A stretch of 64,000 nucleotides of DNA, taken from assembly GCA_050613775.1 (NCBI GenBank), contig JBODTK010000137.1, positions 62,001 to 126,000 of the forward strand, in the 5' to 3' direction. This DNA is from Neocallimastix sp. 'constans' (lineage: Eukaryota). This document shows positions 26,831-42,212 of the stretch, piece after piece (positions within the stretch are counted from its first letter, which is position 1; every line of letters starts with the position of its first letter). The position numbers and the translations under genes were made by a program. The notes under the pieces are model-generated. The model was not told where the DNA came from. It did not search any database and saw nothing but the letters and a program-made list of their open reading frames with translations.

Positions 26831-29594
26831 TTAATATGATAAATAATTAGACTTACTAGTTGTTATTAATAAATTTTATAAAAATAATTAATATATATAT
26901 ATATTATAATTTAAAATATGTTTTTGATTAAAGAATGCATAATATACTTTTATCATTATTGTTTTCTATCATTATCATCATCATTATTATCATTTATATT
27001 ATTATTACTATTATTATTATCATTTTCATTGTTACTATTATCACTATTATTGTTATTATTATTTATATTGTAATTATTCATGTTGATAATATGTGAATTA
27101 TTGTTAATATTATTATCATTTACATTGTTATTATCATCACAATTATTAATATTATTATTACCATAATAATTATTATTATTGTTGTTGTTATTATTGTTGA
27201 TATCATTATCATCTTTATAATTATTATAATATACACTGTTTTCTTTATTGTTATTCTTTAAGGGTAATTGATTATCATCCTCAGTATTACTTTTTATAAT
27301 TCTATTATTTGATAAAATTATATTATCATTATTTTTGCTTTTTTTTTTTTTTTAACTAAAAACTTATATATATTAAAAATTTATATTAAAAAAAAATAAT
27401 ATCATATATATATATAATAATATATAATAAGCAAGTATATTATTTATAATATTAATATCATTAATAAAATATTATTGTTGATGTTGTTGTTTTATTTGAA
27501 TGACTATTAATTTTTTTTTAAAAAAAATAATAATAATAATTACAAAATACTCTTTTAAGAAATGAAAAGGATTTGGTTATTATAGTACGTATAATGTATA
27601 TAGGAACGACAAAAAATAGAAAAACAATAAATATTAATATATCAATAAAAAAAAATGCATGCTCAATTATAAAAAGTATGAAGTATAAAGATTTAGTAAT
27701 AAAAAGTATCCCTTTTAAAAGATATTTTCCACAAAATTCATGTGCTATTAATACTTTTGAACAAATAATTGAAATGGAAACTTTAATACAATCAGGTAAT
27801 ATATTGAATAACTATTTAAATAGAATTAAAATAAGTTCTTTAATATAAATTAGATTATAAACTATAATGTTAGAATTAGAACAAATATATATGGTTGAAA
27901 GAACTAAAAGCATAAATACTATAGCAAATAGAAAAGATTAACATGTAATAATTGATTTCATTATAAATTCAAAATTTTTTTTACAAGATATATCACTAAA
28001 TATTATATAATTTAAAAAGTAAAGAATATTGAAAATAATATTTAATATTAAAGTATAAACAAATAGTAATAATTAAGTAATAATGGCAACAATATTTGTA
28101 TCTATACTAGAAATTATTGTTAAAAAAATTTTTTTAATATAAATTAAAATGTATAAATTTAAAAAAAAAAAATTTTTTTTTTTATTACCTAATTCTCTAA
28201 ATTGTTTGTTTTTAATTTAATATATTGATATCCAAATTCAAGTGACTTAGAAAACCCAAAACAATTTGAATCTGCAAAATTACTAAATAAAAATTAAAAA
28301 AATATTATTTAAATACTTTTTTTTCTGGGATAAATATTATTCATTAATTATATCCTAATTATATTTTTACAATGATATAAAAAATAATAAATAATAAAAA
28401 AAAAAAAAAAATCTTTATAATAAAAAAAAATATTTATGATAGCAAGAATAACAATAATAGTTATAATAATATAGCATTTAATTATTTTAACTTGATTTTT
28501 TTTTTTTTTTTTTTTTATTATTATTATTATTTCTTTTTTTCATATATTTTTTAGTAATAACTATTTTAATGTATTGAAAATTTTATTAATATTTAAATTA
28601 CTAAATTATTTATTATAATATATGAGAAAAATTTTTTGAAAGAAATATAATTAATATATATAATATTAAATATTTTTTTTAACATGTATATATTACAAAG
28701 ACTTTAAAATATATTATATATATTTATTTATTTATTTTGTTATTTATTTTTTAATATTCATAAATTTTAAAATTTAGTAATATATTTTTTAAAATTTCAT
28801 AAAATATTTATTTTTTATATGGAAAATTCATTTAAAACATACAAATTAATTAAAATATTTTAGGCAATTTTATATTCAATAGGTTAGGTTAAATATTTAA
28901 ATCAAATATTTTATTGAATTATATATTATATTTTTTCATAAATAAATTATCAATATTACATAGGTATTAAAAATTAGTAAAATAAAAAATTATAAAACTA
29001 TTATATCTTTTTTTTTCAATTTCCCTTATTTTTTATTCCTAGCAATTCATTAATAATATAAAACTCATGTAATAGCATTGATCATAATAATTATATTAAT
29101 TAATATTAATAAAATAATGTTGTAGTTTTTCATTGAATATCATATATATCATATTACTTATATTAATATTAATATTGATTAAATCATTCATTTATTGTTT
29201 TACATCAAGTTTTACTGAGTTTATTTTTTAAAATTTTAAAAAATAATAAATTGCTAAAATTACGAATCAATAATAAAAATAAAGTAAAAATATTTAAATT
29301 CAAATTCATACTCATTTAATTTTAATAAAATAAAAATTGATTTTAAAAAATACATAAATATCAAAAAATTCCATTTAATTAATTTGTATAATTTGTATTA
29401 CTTTGAATATTTTGAATGTTATTATTTAATCACCAATTAGCAATTCAATTAAAATAGTTTTCAAGTTTAATATTATTAAGATAATAATTCAATTTAAGAT
29501 GTAGGAAAAATATTTAATTAGTTGATTTGAAAAGGCTCTTTATAATACAATTTTTTAATTAAATAATGAAAACATTATTATACAAATGTCTATA

Positions 29595-29648
<54 letters not shown>

Positions 29649-29949
29649 CAAACTTTATATATATATTTAAAGAGATAATTCAATTATACAAAATAAGTAT
29701 CTCAAGGTTATAATAGATAATACTATCTTAATTGAAATTAATACAAATTCATTTAATAGAGTCAATAAATATTATTAATATTGGAAATAAAGATAATAAA
29801 TAATAATAATAATAAATAATCTCTAATATTTTTTCCCTTATTAATAGACAAAAAAATAAAATATTTTTATACTAAATCAAGAATAAAAAAAAAAACTTTA
29901 GAAATATTTTTTAATACTTATATAGTTATAATTATAAACAAATATTATA

Positions 29950-30395
29950 TAAGATAAGGATGTCAAAATTCCAAAAGCTTATTATAACTTTGCCAAATAC
30001 ATGAGTATTTTTTTGTTAAATTTCTAAGTGTATTATTATTTTTTTATCTTTTCCATTTAATTTTGGGCGATACCTTTTCAATGCCATTTTTTTTATAATA
30101 TTTATTTACTTTTTTTTTTGCTTTTATATTCATTTCTTCCATTAGATTTAAATATTTTAAAAGTATAATATTTGTAATAATTATTATTATATTTGGAGCT
30201 TCAGCCTTTGACTTAAGTTTTGTTGAAATATCATCCCTTATTGTGAAGAAGTATTTCTTGATATTAATAGACAAGTTATGCAGTCCGGAAACTTCTGAAT
30301 GGATTATTCATAGGAATTCTCTTGCCTTTGGAGTTTCCTCTTTGAGAGATCCCCTCCTCGTCTTAGAAATTTTGTAGTTTATTCATGGAGGAACA
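29950..30395 (-). mobile_element. Ty1/copia integrase relic
   Basis: AREFL*IIHSEVSGLHNLSINIKKYFFTIRDDIS...LKSKAEA...KNGIE...NNTLRNL matches the copia rve pattern LELIHSD..GP...S..G..YF.T..DDYS. Confidence 0.8.
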
Positions 30396-30659
30396 TATAA
30401 TACAAAAAGAGAAATAATATGAAATTTATATTAACAATATAAATAATAACTCAAATATTCTAAAATATTCGTATTCTAACTTAGCCATACTGTACTATCA
30501 TTTCTATTACTAATATTTTTGTAAAAATGAGAAGAAGATAAATTTCTTATATTATTAGTTATATTAATAATAAATATTTTATAATATATTCATATGAATT
30601 AATTATTTATTAAGATAATAGTTAAAATTATTTTATTAATTTTAATTATTAATTTCAAC

Positions 30660-32915
30660 TGACGAACCAAGAGAAGTTTTCCAAAACATGGAAAATTGTG
30701 AAAACTTGTGTCGATGATGACGATGACGAGGAAAAGGATGATAATGAAGCTATTCATAACTACCCAAGTGTTGACCAATTTATTAATTAATTAGAAACCT
30801 ATTATGGAACAAAAACAGGATCAAAACATTATATTTAAGGAACTCCGTTCTTTATGAATTAAAAAGAATGAAAAAGTTAAGGAATTCAATATTCGTTATA
30901 GATTATTATATCCGAGGCTTGATAAAAAGAGGAAAAGAAGAATTAATGTATCAGACTATGCTGATTTTTTTTTTACAAAATAATAAAGTAACTTGGAAAA
31001 AGATGGCTCTCAAGGACGATATTTCGTTGAATAAGGCTCCAAGAGTCAAACAAAAATTTCAAATGAAAGAAAATCATCTATCATATAATGTAGGTAAAGA
31101 CTTAACTACTACCAAATGCAATATCACATTCAGAGAACTTCTTGAAGTTTCACCAAAAATTAGATCTCAAGTATCAAATGTATTGGTATTAAATAGTGGT
31201 AGAATTAGAATAGCTACTATGGATGATAATTATTTAGAAAAACAACTTAATAAATACTCCAATCAAGACTAATAATTTCAATGAGATTGCTACACGTAGA
31301 ATTATAGATAAAGAATAACCTTTCTTTAAAATTCTTATTAATTTAAAAATACAAATTGATTATAAGCTGTTTATTCATCCCATTCTATATAGTCTTTGTC
31401 AATTTATAGATAAAGGAATGGTTGTTTTAATTGTTCCTTTAAATAATCAATATGATAATAGCAAAAAATTAGTCTGTTGCTATTCCAATTGAATTAAATT
31501 CGAAAGAACCTAAGAAAATCAAAGGGTTACCTCCTTTGGAATATATTCATATTGAAAAATTTATATGCACTCTTAATGAAAACTATAAAGAACTAATTGT
31601 TAAACAGCTTGAAGATAATATAGAAATTGAAATCACTTCTTCAGAAGAATTAAATCCTTCAAGTTTATCTTCACATAAAATCAGACTAAAGCCAGATGTT
31701 CGTCCAATTAAGATTTTATAGACTTTCTAAATTTATATTTGATATTTTAAAAGAAGAACTGACTACATTAATTGAGAAAAAACTTATTGAGACTTCTTAT
31801 TCCGAGCGGTCTTCATTTGCTGTTCTTGATTCTAAACATAATGATAAATGAAGAATGTACGTTGATTATAGAAAAGTCAATGTTTGTTACTATGAAAAAT
31901 TTCCAAATATTGATGAAATCTTTGATAGCCAAGGTAGTACTAAGATTTTTACAACTTTAGATCTTTGTACTGGCTACCATCAAATACTTATGGATGAAAA
32001 AAGTGTTGAAGTAAAAAGCTTTACCTCGAAATTCGGAAATTAACCAATTCAAAAGTTAAGCCTTTTGGATTGACTGCAAGTTCAGCAACTTTCCAACATG
32101 AAATGAATAAGATATTCTTTCAATATATTGGTGATTTTGTTTACAATTTCATTGACAATATTCTTATTTACTCAAAAACAATTGAAGAACATTTAGGATA
32201 TATAAAGAAAATGAATGTTGTATTTAAAGAATACAAATTAAAAATTAATATAGGAAAATGCTCCTTTATGCAAAATGAAGTTGATTTCTTGGTCATAAAG
32301 TATCTTTAAAAGGTCTGTTCACTTGATGGCAAAATTGAAGAAATAAAGAGATGGAAAATCTCCTTCAAATATTCATGAATAACGATCTTTTCTAAGAGTG
32401 ATAGGATATTATCCAGACATCATCGATAAATATATTCAAATAATATTATCCTTCAGTAAGCAAGCATTTACTAAAGATATTATACTCCTATGGAATAAAG
32501 AATAGGAAGACAGTCTTAATATACTTAAAGAAAAATTGATGAATCCTTCAATACTCAAAATTTTCATAAGGCATTTATAATTAGAAAGGATGCATCTTAT
32601 GATGACATTAGTTGAGTCCTCCTAAAAAAAGAGGAATGCAATGAAGAAAGAGCATCCAATACACTATACAAGTAGAACTTTAACCAAATATGAAATTAAC
32701 TACGGTATTACAGATCTAGAAAGAACTGTATTACATTATTGTCTAACGAAATCTAAACCTTATAATAAGAGAAATCCTATCCAAACAATTATTTATACAG
32801 ACTATAAGCCATTAGTAGGATTATTCAATAAAAAAGAATAAACAAGTGCTAGATAAACAAGATGGTGTATGGAAGTTATGAACCGGGTAAAACGAATGTA
32901 GTAGATGATGTTCTT
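30660..32915 (+). mobile_element. Decayed Ty3/gypsy retrotransposon (gag region, RT, RNase H)
   Basis: ITFRELLEVSPKIR; HKIRLKPDVRPI; RMYVDYRKVN; FTTLDLCTGYHQI; PFGL; FIDNILIYSKT; DAS; YTSRTLTKYEINYGITDLE; YTDYKPL. Many stops and frameshifts. Confidence 0.92.
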
Positions 32916-33493
32916 TTTAATAAAAATTAGTAATAGAAAAGTCACGGAAAACATTTATTCATAATATTAATATATATTTGATTATAACTAATTATATTTA
33001 AAATTTCTTTAAGCTATTAAAAATAATTATAAAAATATATTAACAATTTATATAACAAACTTATTCCAAATTTAGTAAAGTTAAATAAAATTTCTTTTGT
33101 AAAATTTTTGATGAAGTTAAAAAATAATTTTTAAAATATATAATTAATATAATTAAAATAAATATGTAATATTTAATAATATTTATTATCATTTATTATA
33201 GTTAAATAATTAATGAATTAACAATTTAAATGTAATTGAAATGTGTACTTTTTAAGATTATCTTTAAGAAATGACTTATTATTTCTAATATTGAAAGAAA
33301 AGTATATATATTGGTTAAAAACAAAAAAAAAAAGTGTAATTTCATCTTAATAATAATATAAGTAATTATTTTAATAGTTTTAGTTCATAATTTTTATAAT
33401 TTTATAAAAAAAAAAAATAATTAAATTTTATAAATATAAATGTTTTATTATTTTTATTATTGCGTTATTTTTTTTATTTTATATTTATTTTTA

Positions 33494-33830
33494 TCGAATT
33501 TCAACATTTGTTACAGTTAGTTTATCATTTAATTTATTATTCCAAGCACTACTGGATTATATCAATCCATATAACTCATTGTTTAATTTCCATATATATT
33601 TGGTATATTTTTTATGACCATCTAGTGGAAGCATATAAATATCTTCATCAAGTTTGACATATAAGTATGCAGCTTTTTATATCTAATTGATGTATTTTAA
33701 ATTGATGTAAAAATTTATGTTAACCCTTTTAAATATTTAATATAACTTGAATATATGTTAACCGATTCATTGATATATAAAATATATCATTAATGTATTA
33801 TCCACTTTTCTTTTTGTTAACCATAATTTT
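33494..33830 (-). mobile_element. Ty1/copia reverse transcriptase (RVT_2) relic
   Basis: KIHQLDIK-AAYLYVKLDEDIYMLPLDG...WKLNNELYGLI*SSSAWNNKL. Confidence 0.85.
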
Positions 33831-34255
33831 ATTAAATAAAAAAACAACAAATATCAATAATAATAATATTAATAATAATTAATGATACAATATGACAAAT
33901 ATATGTAAAATGTAATATAATTAATGTATAAGGTTCAATGTATTAGTATTTAATTTAAAATAATAAAGTGTTAACTCTTTATCATAAAATATATTAATAA
34001 AGTTGAAATAATTATAAATCATAAATTCCTTATTCTTATCATTTAATAATAATAACAATAATAATAATAAAAGATAATATATATAGTTTTTTAGTAAAAA
34101 AGTAAATTATAAATATATATTAATTTAATTGTAATAATATATATCATTGTTAAAATTTTATTTTATTTATTAAATAATTATAATATTTATTTTTAATATA
34201 ATTATAATTATTATTATTATATACTTTTGATAAAAAGAATTAACAAAATTTATTC

Positions 34256-34286
<31 letters not shown>

Positions 34287-34644
34287 AAAACGTGTAGTTT
34301 TATATATTTCATTTATTAAATATGGTTAACTATCGTTTTACTATATACAGTTTGATTTATCTTAAATAATTTATTATAAATTTATTTTTTATTTTTTTTT
34401 TTCTTCTTATAATAATTAAATTAGAATGTTAAATATATTCTTTATATAAATAAATATATTTTAAGAAATAATTAAGATTTGTATATAAAAACTTTAGAAG
34501 AACTTTATTCAATGATAAATTTAAAATTCTATAATAATAAAATATTAATTTTTATAAACAATAAAGTTTTAAAAAGTATAAAAGTAGATTGGATAAATTA
34601 TAAAAAAGTTTCATTATATTAAATAATAAATAATTTATAATTAA

Positions 34645-34868
34645 TAATAAATAATAAATAATAAATAATAAATAATAAATAATAAATAATAAATAATAAA
34701 TAATAAATAATAAATAATAAATAATAAATAATAAATAATAAATAATAAATAATAAATAATAAATAATAAATAATAAATAATAAATAATAAATAATAAATA
34801 ATAAATAATAAATAATAAATAATAAATAATAAATAATAAATAATAAATAATAAATAATAAATAATAAA
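34645..34868. repeat. (AATAAAT)n heptamer satellite
   Basis: Same unit as 25272-25597. It generates the spurious LLFIIYY ORFs. Confidence 0.95.
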
Positions 34869-35892
34869 AAATAAAAAATAAATAATAAATAACAAACAAT
34901 AAATAATATGTAATAGGTAATATATACAATAAATATTTAATTAAATTGTAATAAAATATCATATATAAACATAAAAAGTAAAATATTTTTATATTCATTT
35001 TTTTTATTTAAATTGTAATTATTTTTTTATCGTTATTATTATAATTTTATATCCTTTATAATATATAATATATTTTAAAATCAATAATGGAAAAGCCAAA
35101 AAAATGTTGAAATAAATTTTCTGTTAAAATAAAATGATTAATAAATATAATTAGTTTTATTAAATTTATCACAGTGGATAATTATTATAGTAAATTTAAA
35201 TATTCTATTAAATAATAAAAGTAAAGTTTTAGGAAATGAAAAATAGGACAAAAACAAATAAGTAAAAAAAATATATATATATATAGATATATAATAAAAA
35301 TATTAAAAAAAATATATATATATATAAAAGTTTAAAATCTTAGATACATTTCTTTTGTTTAACAATTCAACAAAATTTTTGCTAAAATATTAAATAAGGA
35401 AATATTATAGAATCAACATAAACTTTATTTTATTTAAAAAAATTTTTTTTATATAAATATATTTAATTTATTAAAATTTACTTATATATATTTATATAAT
35501 ATCAATATAGATTTAATTTAATAAAAAGTTTTTTCCCCGAAAATAAATAACAAAATAATTATATTTAGTAAAAATTATTATCAATTGAAAAGAAAAAAAG
35601 ATTTAAACTTTTATAATATTTTATAATTTGTTATTGCTCTTTATATATATATATATTTTAAGAAATAATATGATAATTATGAAATGATATTAGATTTTTG
35701 TTAAATTATTTCTTTTATGATTATGGAAACATGATAAATGGAGATTAAGAAGAAATAAAGAAATATGAAAAAACACTTTATTAATAATAAATATATATAA
35801 ATAAACATTATATAATAAATACCAATTATATACATATTTGAATATTTATTATTAAAATGTTCAATAAAATAACTTATTATTATTAATGTTCA

Positions 35893-35933
<41 letters not shown>

Positions 35934-37014
35934 TGTTTTTTGATTTTATTAAATTAATATTAATATTAATTATAGTTTCTATTATAATATATGTAACTTT
36001 TTTTTTTTTTTTATTTATTAAATTTAATTAAAATGACAATTATAATAACTGACACCAATAATTGGTTTAAAAATATATTTTATAATAATAAAAAAAATTT
36101 TTTTTTTTATTTAATTATTTGTATGTAAAAAATATATATAATTATAAATTATTGAAGAGTAAACTTAAAATATTATATTTTAGCATTTTTTGTACATTAA
36201 TTAAAATTTTGTACTTATATATATTTTTATGGAAATATAATAGATAATACTAATAAAATAGCAAAATTAATATTTATAGTTTAATGAATTTTTATTTTTT
36301 ATTTTTTTTTTTTTTAAAATGACAGATGAAGATTGAAACTAAAACTGTAACAGAATTAAAAAAAAAATTACATTAAATGATATAATATTTTTCTATGTAT
36401 TTAAAAATATTATTAAAGCTTTAAATTATTGAAAGAGAAAGATATGGTTAAACCCTTTAAATCATAAAATATTATAATATCATATATTATTTATTATATA
36501 TATTAAATATATATTACATTTAAATTCAGCCGACATCTAATTTTCCTTTATATAGAATATAGCTATTTATATATTAATTAATTTATTTATATATATGAAA
36601 ATATAATGCATAAAATTAAAATAAAGTTATTAACATTTTCTTTAATGTATTTAATATTGATGTAATGAAGGTTTATTCGTTAAACATTCAATAAAAATAA
36701 ATATGTATTAATTTAATTATAAATATATATTCATATATGATTAAATAATTTAAGGAGAAATATAAAATATATGAAATCTTAATTATTTAAGAAATATTAT
36801 TAATGAATGAAAATAATAAAATAATAGCATATTGTAGGACAAGATTATATAATAAAAAAATGTTTTCTTTCATATATAAAAAAATGATAAATTATTTTAT
36901 GTGTAGTTAAAAAATATTAAATAACAATTAATAAAAAATATAATATATATTATAATGGAGAAATAAATTACAAATAGATAATAAAATATAATTAAATTAA
37001 ATATCTAATTTTAA

Positions 37015-37045
<31 letters not shown>

Positions 37046-38051
37046 TTAGTTAAAAAAGCATAACAGAATGATATAATAATAATATATATTTTATAAAATT
37101 TTTTTTTTTTTTTTTTTTGTGTATTTTTTAATAAATAATGTTTAACTTTAATAATTTGTAACAAAAAAAAATAAAATTATAAATTTACTTAATAAAATTA
37201 AATTAAATCAAAAAAATTTAATAAATTTTATGAAAATATTTTCCATATAATTTTGTCTTTTATATTAAAAAATTTCAATCTCCAGTTTTTCTTTTTTATT
37301 ACTAATAAATTAGGTTTCAGCCAAATAAATTAAAACTCTAATTAATATTAATTTTGGAAAATAAAAATGGAAAATAGCGGTAATTTGAAACAGTATTATT
37401 GTAATATTATTGGATAATGAAGAATAATTGATTATTTAATTTTAATAATATTCTTTATCTGGAAATAAAAATAATAAATTTATTATTTATTAATATTATT
37501 ATTTTTTCTATTAAAAAATGTATATATATTTATATATATGTATATGTATATGTATAAAAAACATTTTAATTAAAACATATAAAAAATAATAACTTTAATA
37601 TATAATATTTTTTTAAATAAATTTTTAAAAATTCATATTATACAAATATATATTTATTTTTATAAAGATATAATACTTTTTTTTCTAAAAAATCTATTAT
37701 TCTCTTTATTATTTAACATTTAAAAATATGCTTTTTATTATTATTATTATTTTTTTTAATTATAAGATATAAAAAATAAAATTGAGTAAAATAAAACAAA
37801 AGTACCAGAAATAAAAAAACAACAATAATAATAAATATATATATAATAATAATAAAAATTATAGTAGTATTTTCTAAACATATGATTATATGACGTATTT
37901 TATTTATTTATATTTTCTATTGTATATTTGAATATATTTATATTAATTTTACTAAATAAATTTTTATTTTAATTTTGAAATATAATAAATAATTTTATTT
38001 TTTTATAGTTTTATATTAATTAATTAACTGTTTAGTTGGAAATTAATATAT

Positions 38052-38108
<57 letters not shown>

Positions 38109-38533
38109 TGCCATTGACTAACTTTTACCTATCATAATATATATATAATTAATAGATAGAGAAAACATATGTGTTAAAAAATATATGACTAATAAAATTA
38201 TTTAATAAGCTATTTTAATACGTAATAATTAATCAAAAAAAAAATATATATATATATTTTTTGCTAAAAATAATCATAATTATATTAATTTAAATTTAAA
38301 CATATAAATTTAACTTATACTAAACATGTAATTATAAAATTAAAATTAATTATGAATTTATTTTTTTAAATATATCATAAAAGAAAAAGTAAAAATTTAA
38401 TATTTATAATATTTGTATTCCTTTTTTATCAAAAACACTTGAATTTATTAAAATAAATAAATAAAATAAATAAATTTGTAAATAAATAAATAAATAAATA
38501 AATAGATTAAAAATTTTATTTATATTTTTTATA

Positions 38534-38975
38534 TTAGAATTAACAAGAAGGGAAAACAATAGAGCCTCCAATCTCTCCTTTAAATGTATTAGACTCTCGA
38601 TAGATTCTTTGCTATACCGAAACGGTATAGCAAAGAATAATCGACTCGGACCTCTCTAAGCAAGTCCAATATGAAAGACCTTCCCTACATACCTCTTTAT
38701 ACGACGGACTTCTTTTAAGTAATCTCTTGAACCATCATCGAGGTAGGAACAACTGAATTAATATAGATTAAGTACTCTCTGAATTAGCAATTATATAGTT
38801 TAGTAATAGGAATACTTATCACGATAAACAAACACCAACTTCATTTATAGGGAAAAACACCCTATGAGGGTGGAAATCGTCCCATATAAATTCAAGAGGT
38901 AGTTGTGGGGTAGATCCAGAAACCTTACATGTGTTACTACCGGGTACTAACCACCAAGATAAAAATTGGAAAGAT
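38534..38975 (+). pseudogene. Decayed coding repeat of unknown family, copy 2
   Basis: Collinear with 9289-9735 (LELTRRENNRASNLSFKCIRLSIDS...LSKSNMKDLPY...VDPETL). Frameshifted. Confidence 0.75.
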
Positions 38976-39013
38976 TATTATTTATAATGATTACTCAAAA
39001 ATAATAAAAAGTA

Positions 39014-39060
<47 letters not shown>

Positions 39061-42000
39061 TATTTATTATTCATTTATATATATAATACTTTATGAATTT
39101 TTTTTTTTGTTCTTTTTTATATACAATTGTAATTGAATATATATTAGTATATAATGTGATAAATATTTATTATAAATAAAATTATTTATTTGTACTACCA
39201 TAAAAAAAAAAAAAGTTATATATTTTTATTAATAGTGGTTCGTGGAAAATTTTTATGAAAAAAAAAAACTATTTATTTAAATCAATTGATAATCTATTAT
39301 AAACAAATATTATAAATACATTTAATTTAAAACTTAAAAAAGTTATTTTTGCACTATTTTTTAATAATAACTTTTTTCTTTTAAAATAGATGTAAAAAAA
39401 AAAAGAAAAATTTAAAACAATTTATATTGATACTTTTTTTTTTTTTTTTTTTTAAATATTAAAATAATTTTTTATTTTTATTATTATAAAAATAATTTTA
39501 ATATAACTTCATTTATTATATTTATTAACTTTTAGTTAAAGTAAGTAACTATTTAGCTATCAAAAACCAATGAAGTACATAATGAATGATATTTTTGATT
39601 ATATAATTATGATTAATATTAATATACAAATACCTTAAAATTATTTTATTTAATTATTAAAGCATTATGTAATATTTAATATTGTTTAATTAACTATTTT
39701 AGTATAATAAAATAAAAGTTCTATCATAATTGTACTAATAATATTAATATTGTTATAATCAATGTATTCGTTTCATTAGTATCATTAGATATGTTTTAAA
39801 CTTATTTTTTTTTAATATTATATAACAGTCTATTATCATTACCAAGAATAATAATAATGATAATAAAAATTATAATGGTATTTAATATATTTTATATTTA
39901 TATTATTACTATTATTAGTATTATTCATTAATATATAAAAAATAAAAAAATAATTAAAAATAAGAATAAAAACAATAAAAAATAAAAAAAAAAAAAAAAA
40001 AAAAAACTGTTAATTAAATATATTTAAATATTGATTCCATTTAAAAAAAAATTAGTTTATTCTTGAATTTTATATATTAATTATTTTAAGTTGATATAGT
40101 TTTAATTATTATATATTAAATTTTTATTAAAATATAAATAAAGCCTTTTCTTTTTTAAAAAAAAAATAAAATGAAACTTTATATTATTATTCAAGAAAAC
40201 GAAAACAATGATATTAAAAATGTAAAAAAAAAAAAAAATAAATAAACATTATTTAAATAAAGGAAATAAATAAAATATTATTTAAAATGAGACAAAAGTA
40301 GAATGAACCAGATATGAAAATAAAATGTTTCTACTCTTCCCAAAAATTGTTTCTCTGTTTCAACCAATAATTATTTTTTTTGGTTACAATTCAAAAAAAT
40401 TAAAGTAAATGATCGATTTCTTTCAAAAAACTATATAGAATAATTTGAATCATCAAATATTATATAGTAATAGATATTTTATTTAAGAATAATAAAGAAA
40501 ATATATATATATATGTTAATAAAACAAACAATAACACGAATAATTTTAAAATTTATAAAAATTAAAAACTTTTAATATATATATAATTAATATATATAAT
40601 CAAATGTAATGAAGATTATTTGAAATTTTATTAATATTAATAATTAATAATAGTATAATTAAAAATAAATTTATACTTATTTTGTATCCTATGTTAATAA
40701 TTATAATAATAATAATAGTAATTGAAAATTTTGTAATTAATAAATATATAATAAATAATATTAATAATTATTAAAATTATAATAATAACGAAATAAGATA
40801 TTGATAATAATAAATAATTAATTTAATAACTATAATGATAATACTAATAAACTAAAACTATTTTTTAAAATTGATGTAAAACAAAATTATATTTTAAAGT
40901 TTTTTTTATACACTTTTAATTAAATTTTTATATATAAATAGACTACTATTATCATTAAATATAAAGTTTATATTTAATAGTAATATCTGAAGTTCAAATA
41001 TTATTCAAAGTTATCCCAAATTTTAATTTATATTAAATAAAAAATAATTAATTAATAATAAATAATAAATAATAATATACTATTCATAATAAATATTAAT
41101 TATTTAAATTATGAATAATAAAATAAAAAATAAATACAAATTATATATATTACAAATAATAATTAAATAAAATCATTAATAATTATATAACTAAATAATA
41201 AATAAATAAATTATTAATAAAAAATTAAATATAGATAGTTAAATATATATTTAAATATTAAAGATGTGATTAGAAATTTGTGGTAAATTTAAGAATATTA
41301 TTTCTATTACTTTTAGTAGTAATATTTCTATTATTAAATATATTATCAATTTTTATAACATCTTTATGAAGGAAAAAATTTTTTTAATTGCTTTCAATTA
41401 ATTTAATGAAAATTGCAATATTTTTTTATAATAGGAAATAAAAGATAAAAATTCAATTTTTATTTTTTATTTTTTATTTTTATTTTTTTTTTTCGTTTTT
41501 TCTTTTTTTCTATCTTTTTTTTTTAAATTAATTTTATATTAATTATGATTTTTTTTATGTGTATAATATTTTTCCCCTATATAAAATATACATATATTTA
41601 AATATATTTTATAATAAATAAAAAAGTTTAAAAACAAAAAAAAGTATTATTAATATATAAAGTTATTAATTAATTAAAGAATGAATATCCAATAATAGAA
41701 ATGTATCATAATGAATAATGATATTTTTAATTTATTTTTAAATAAAGTTTATGGTTATATATATTTAATAAATTAAAAATAAATGAAAGTTTATTTTAAT
41801 TGTAGAAAATAATTTTAATTAATATCAACTTTAATATTTAAAATATCATATATTGCCAAATCTCTGAACAATACTCCTATTGGAATAATATAAATATGGA
41901 AAATTGTACTATCATACAATCAATTTTAATTAATATAATTTATATAAGAATTCGAATTTTAATAATGTTAATATAAAAAAATTTTTTTAATTAAAATTCC

Positions 42001-42136
42001 TAAATTGTGATATATTAATTAATTTAACTAATTCATTACAAAAACAGAAAAACACACACACACACACAATAAAAGAAAAAAAAAATATTTTATAATATTT
42101 ATAATTTTTAAAGTTTAATACATTTGTTGATTATCC

Positions 42137-42170
<34 letters not shown>

Positions 42171-42212
42171 TGTATCTATCAATAATTGTTTAAAAAATAT
42201 AAAAAACTAATT

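Noticed and set aside
27573..27848. 91-aa ORF with a GTTKNRKT segment (P-loop/Mur-ligase-like?)
   Set aside because: The motif is too degenerate and there is no supporting gene structure. At most an unidentifiable relic.
30650..30675. Possible LTR end and primer-binding site before the gypsy relic
   Set aside because: I found no matching second LTR, and the PBS lacks the TGG start.
34552..34998. ORFs with LLFIIYY repeats
   Set aside because: They are translations of the (AATAAAT)n satellite.
37270..37460. Possible RT start (VIKKKTGD) on the minus strand
   Set aside because: A single short motif in heavily decayed sequence.
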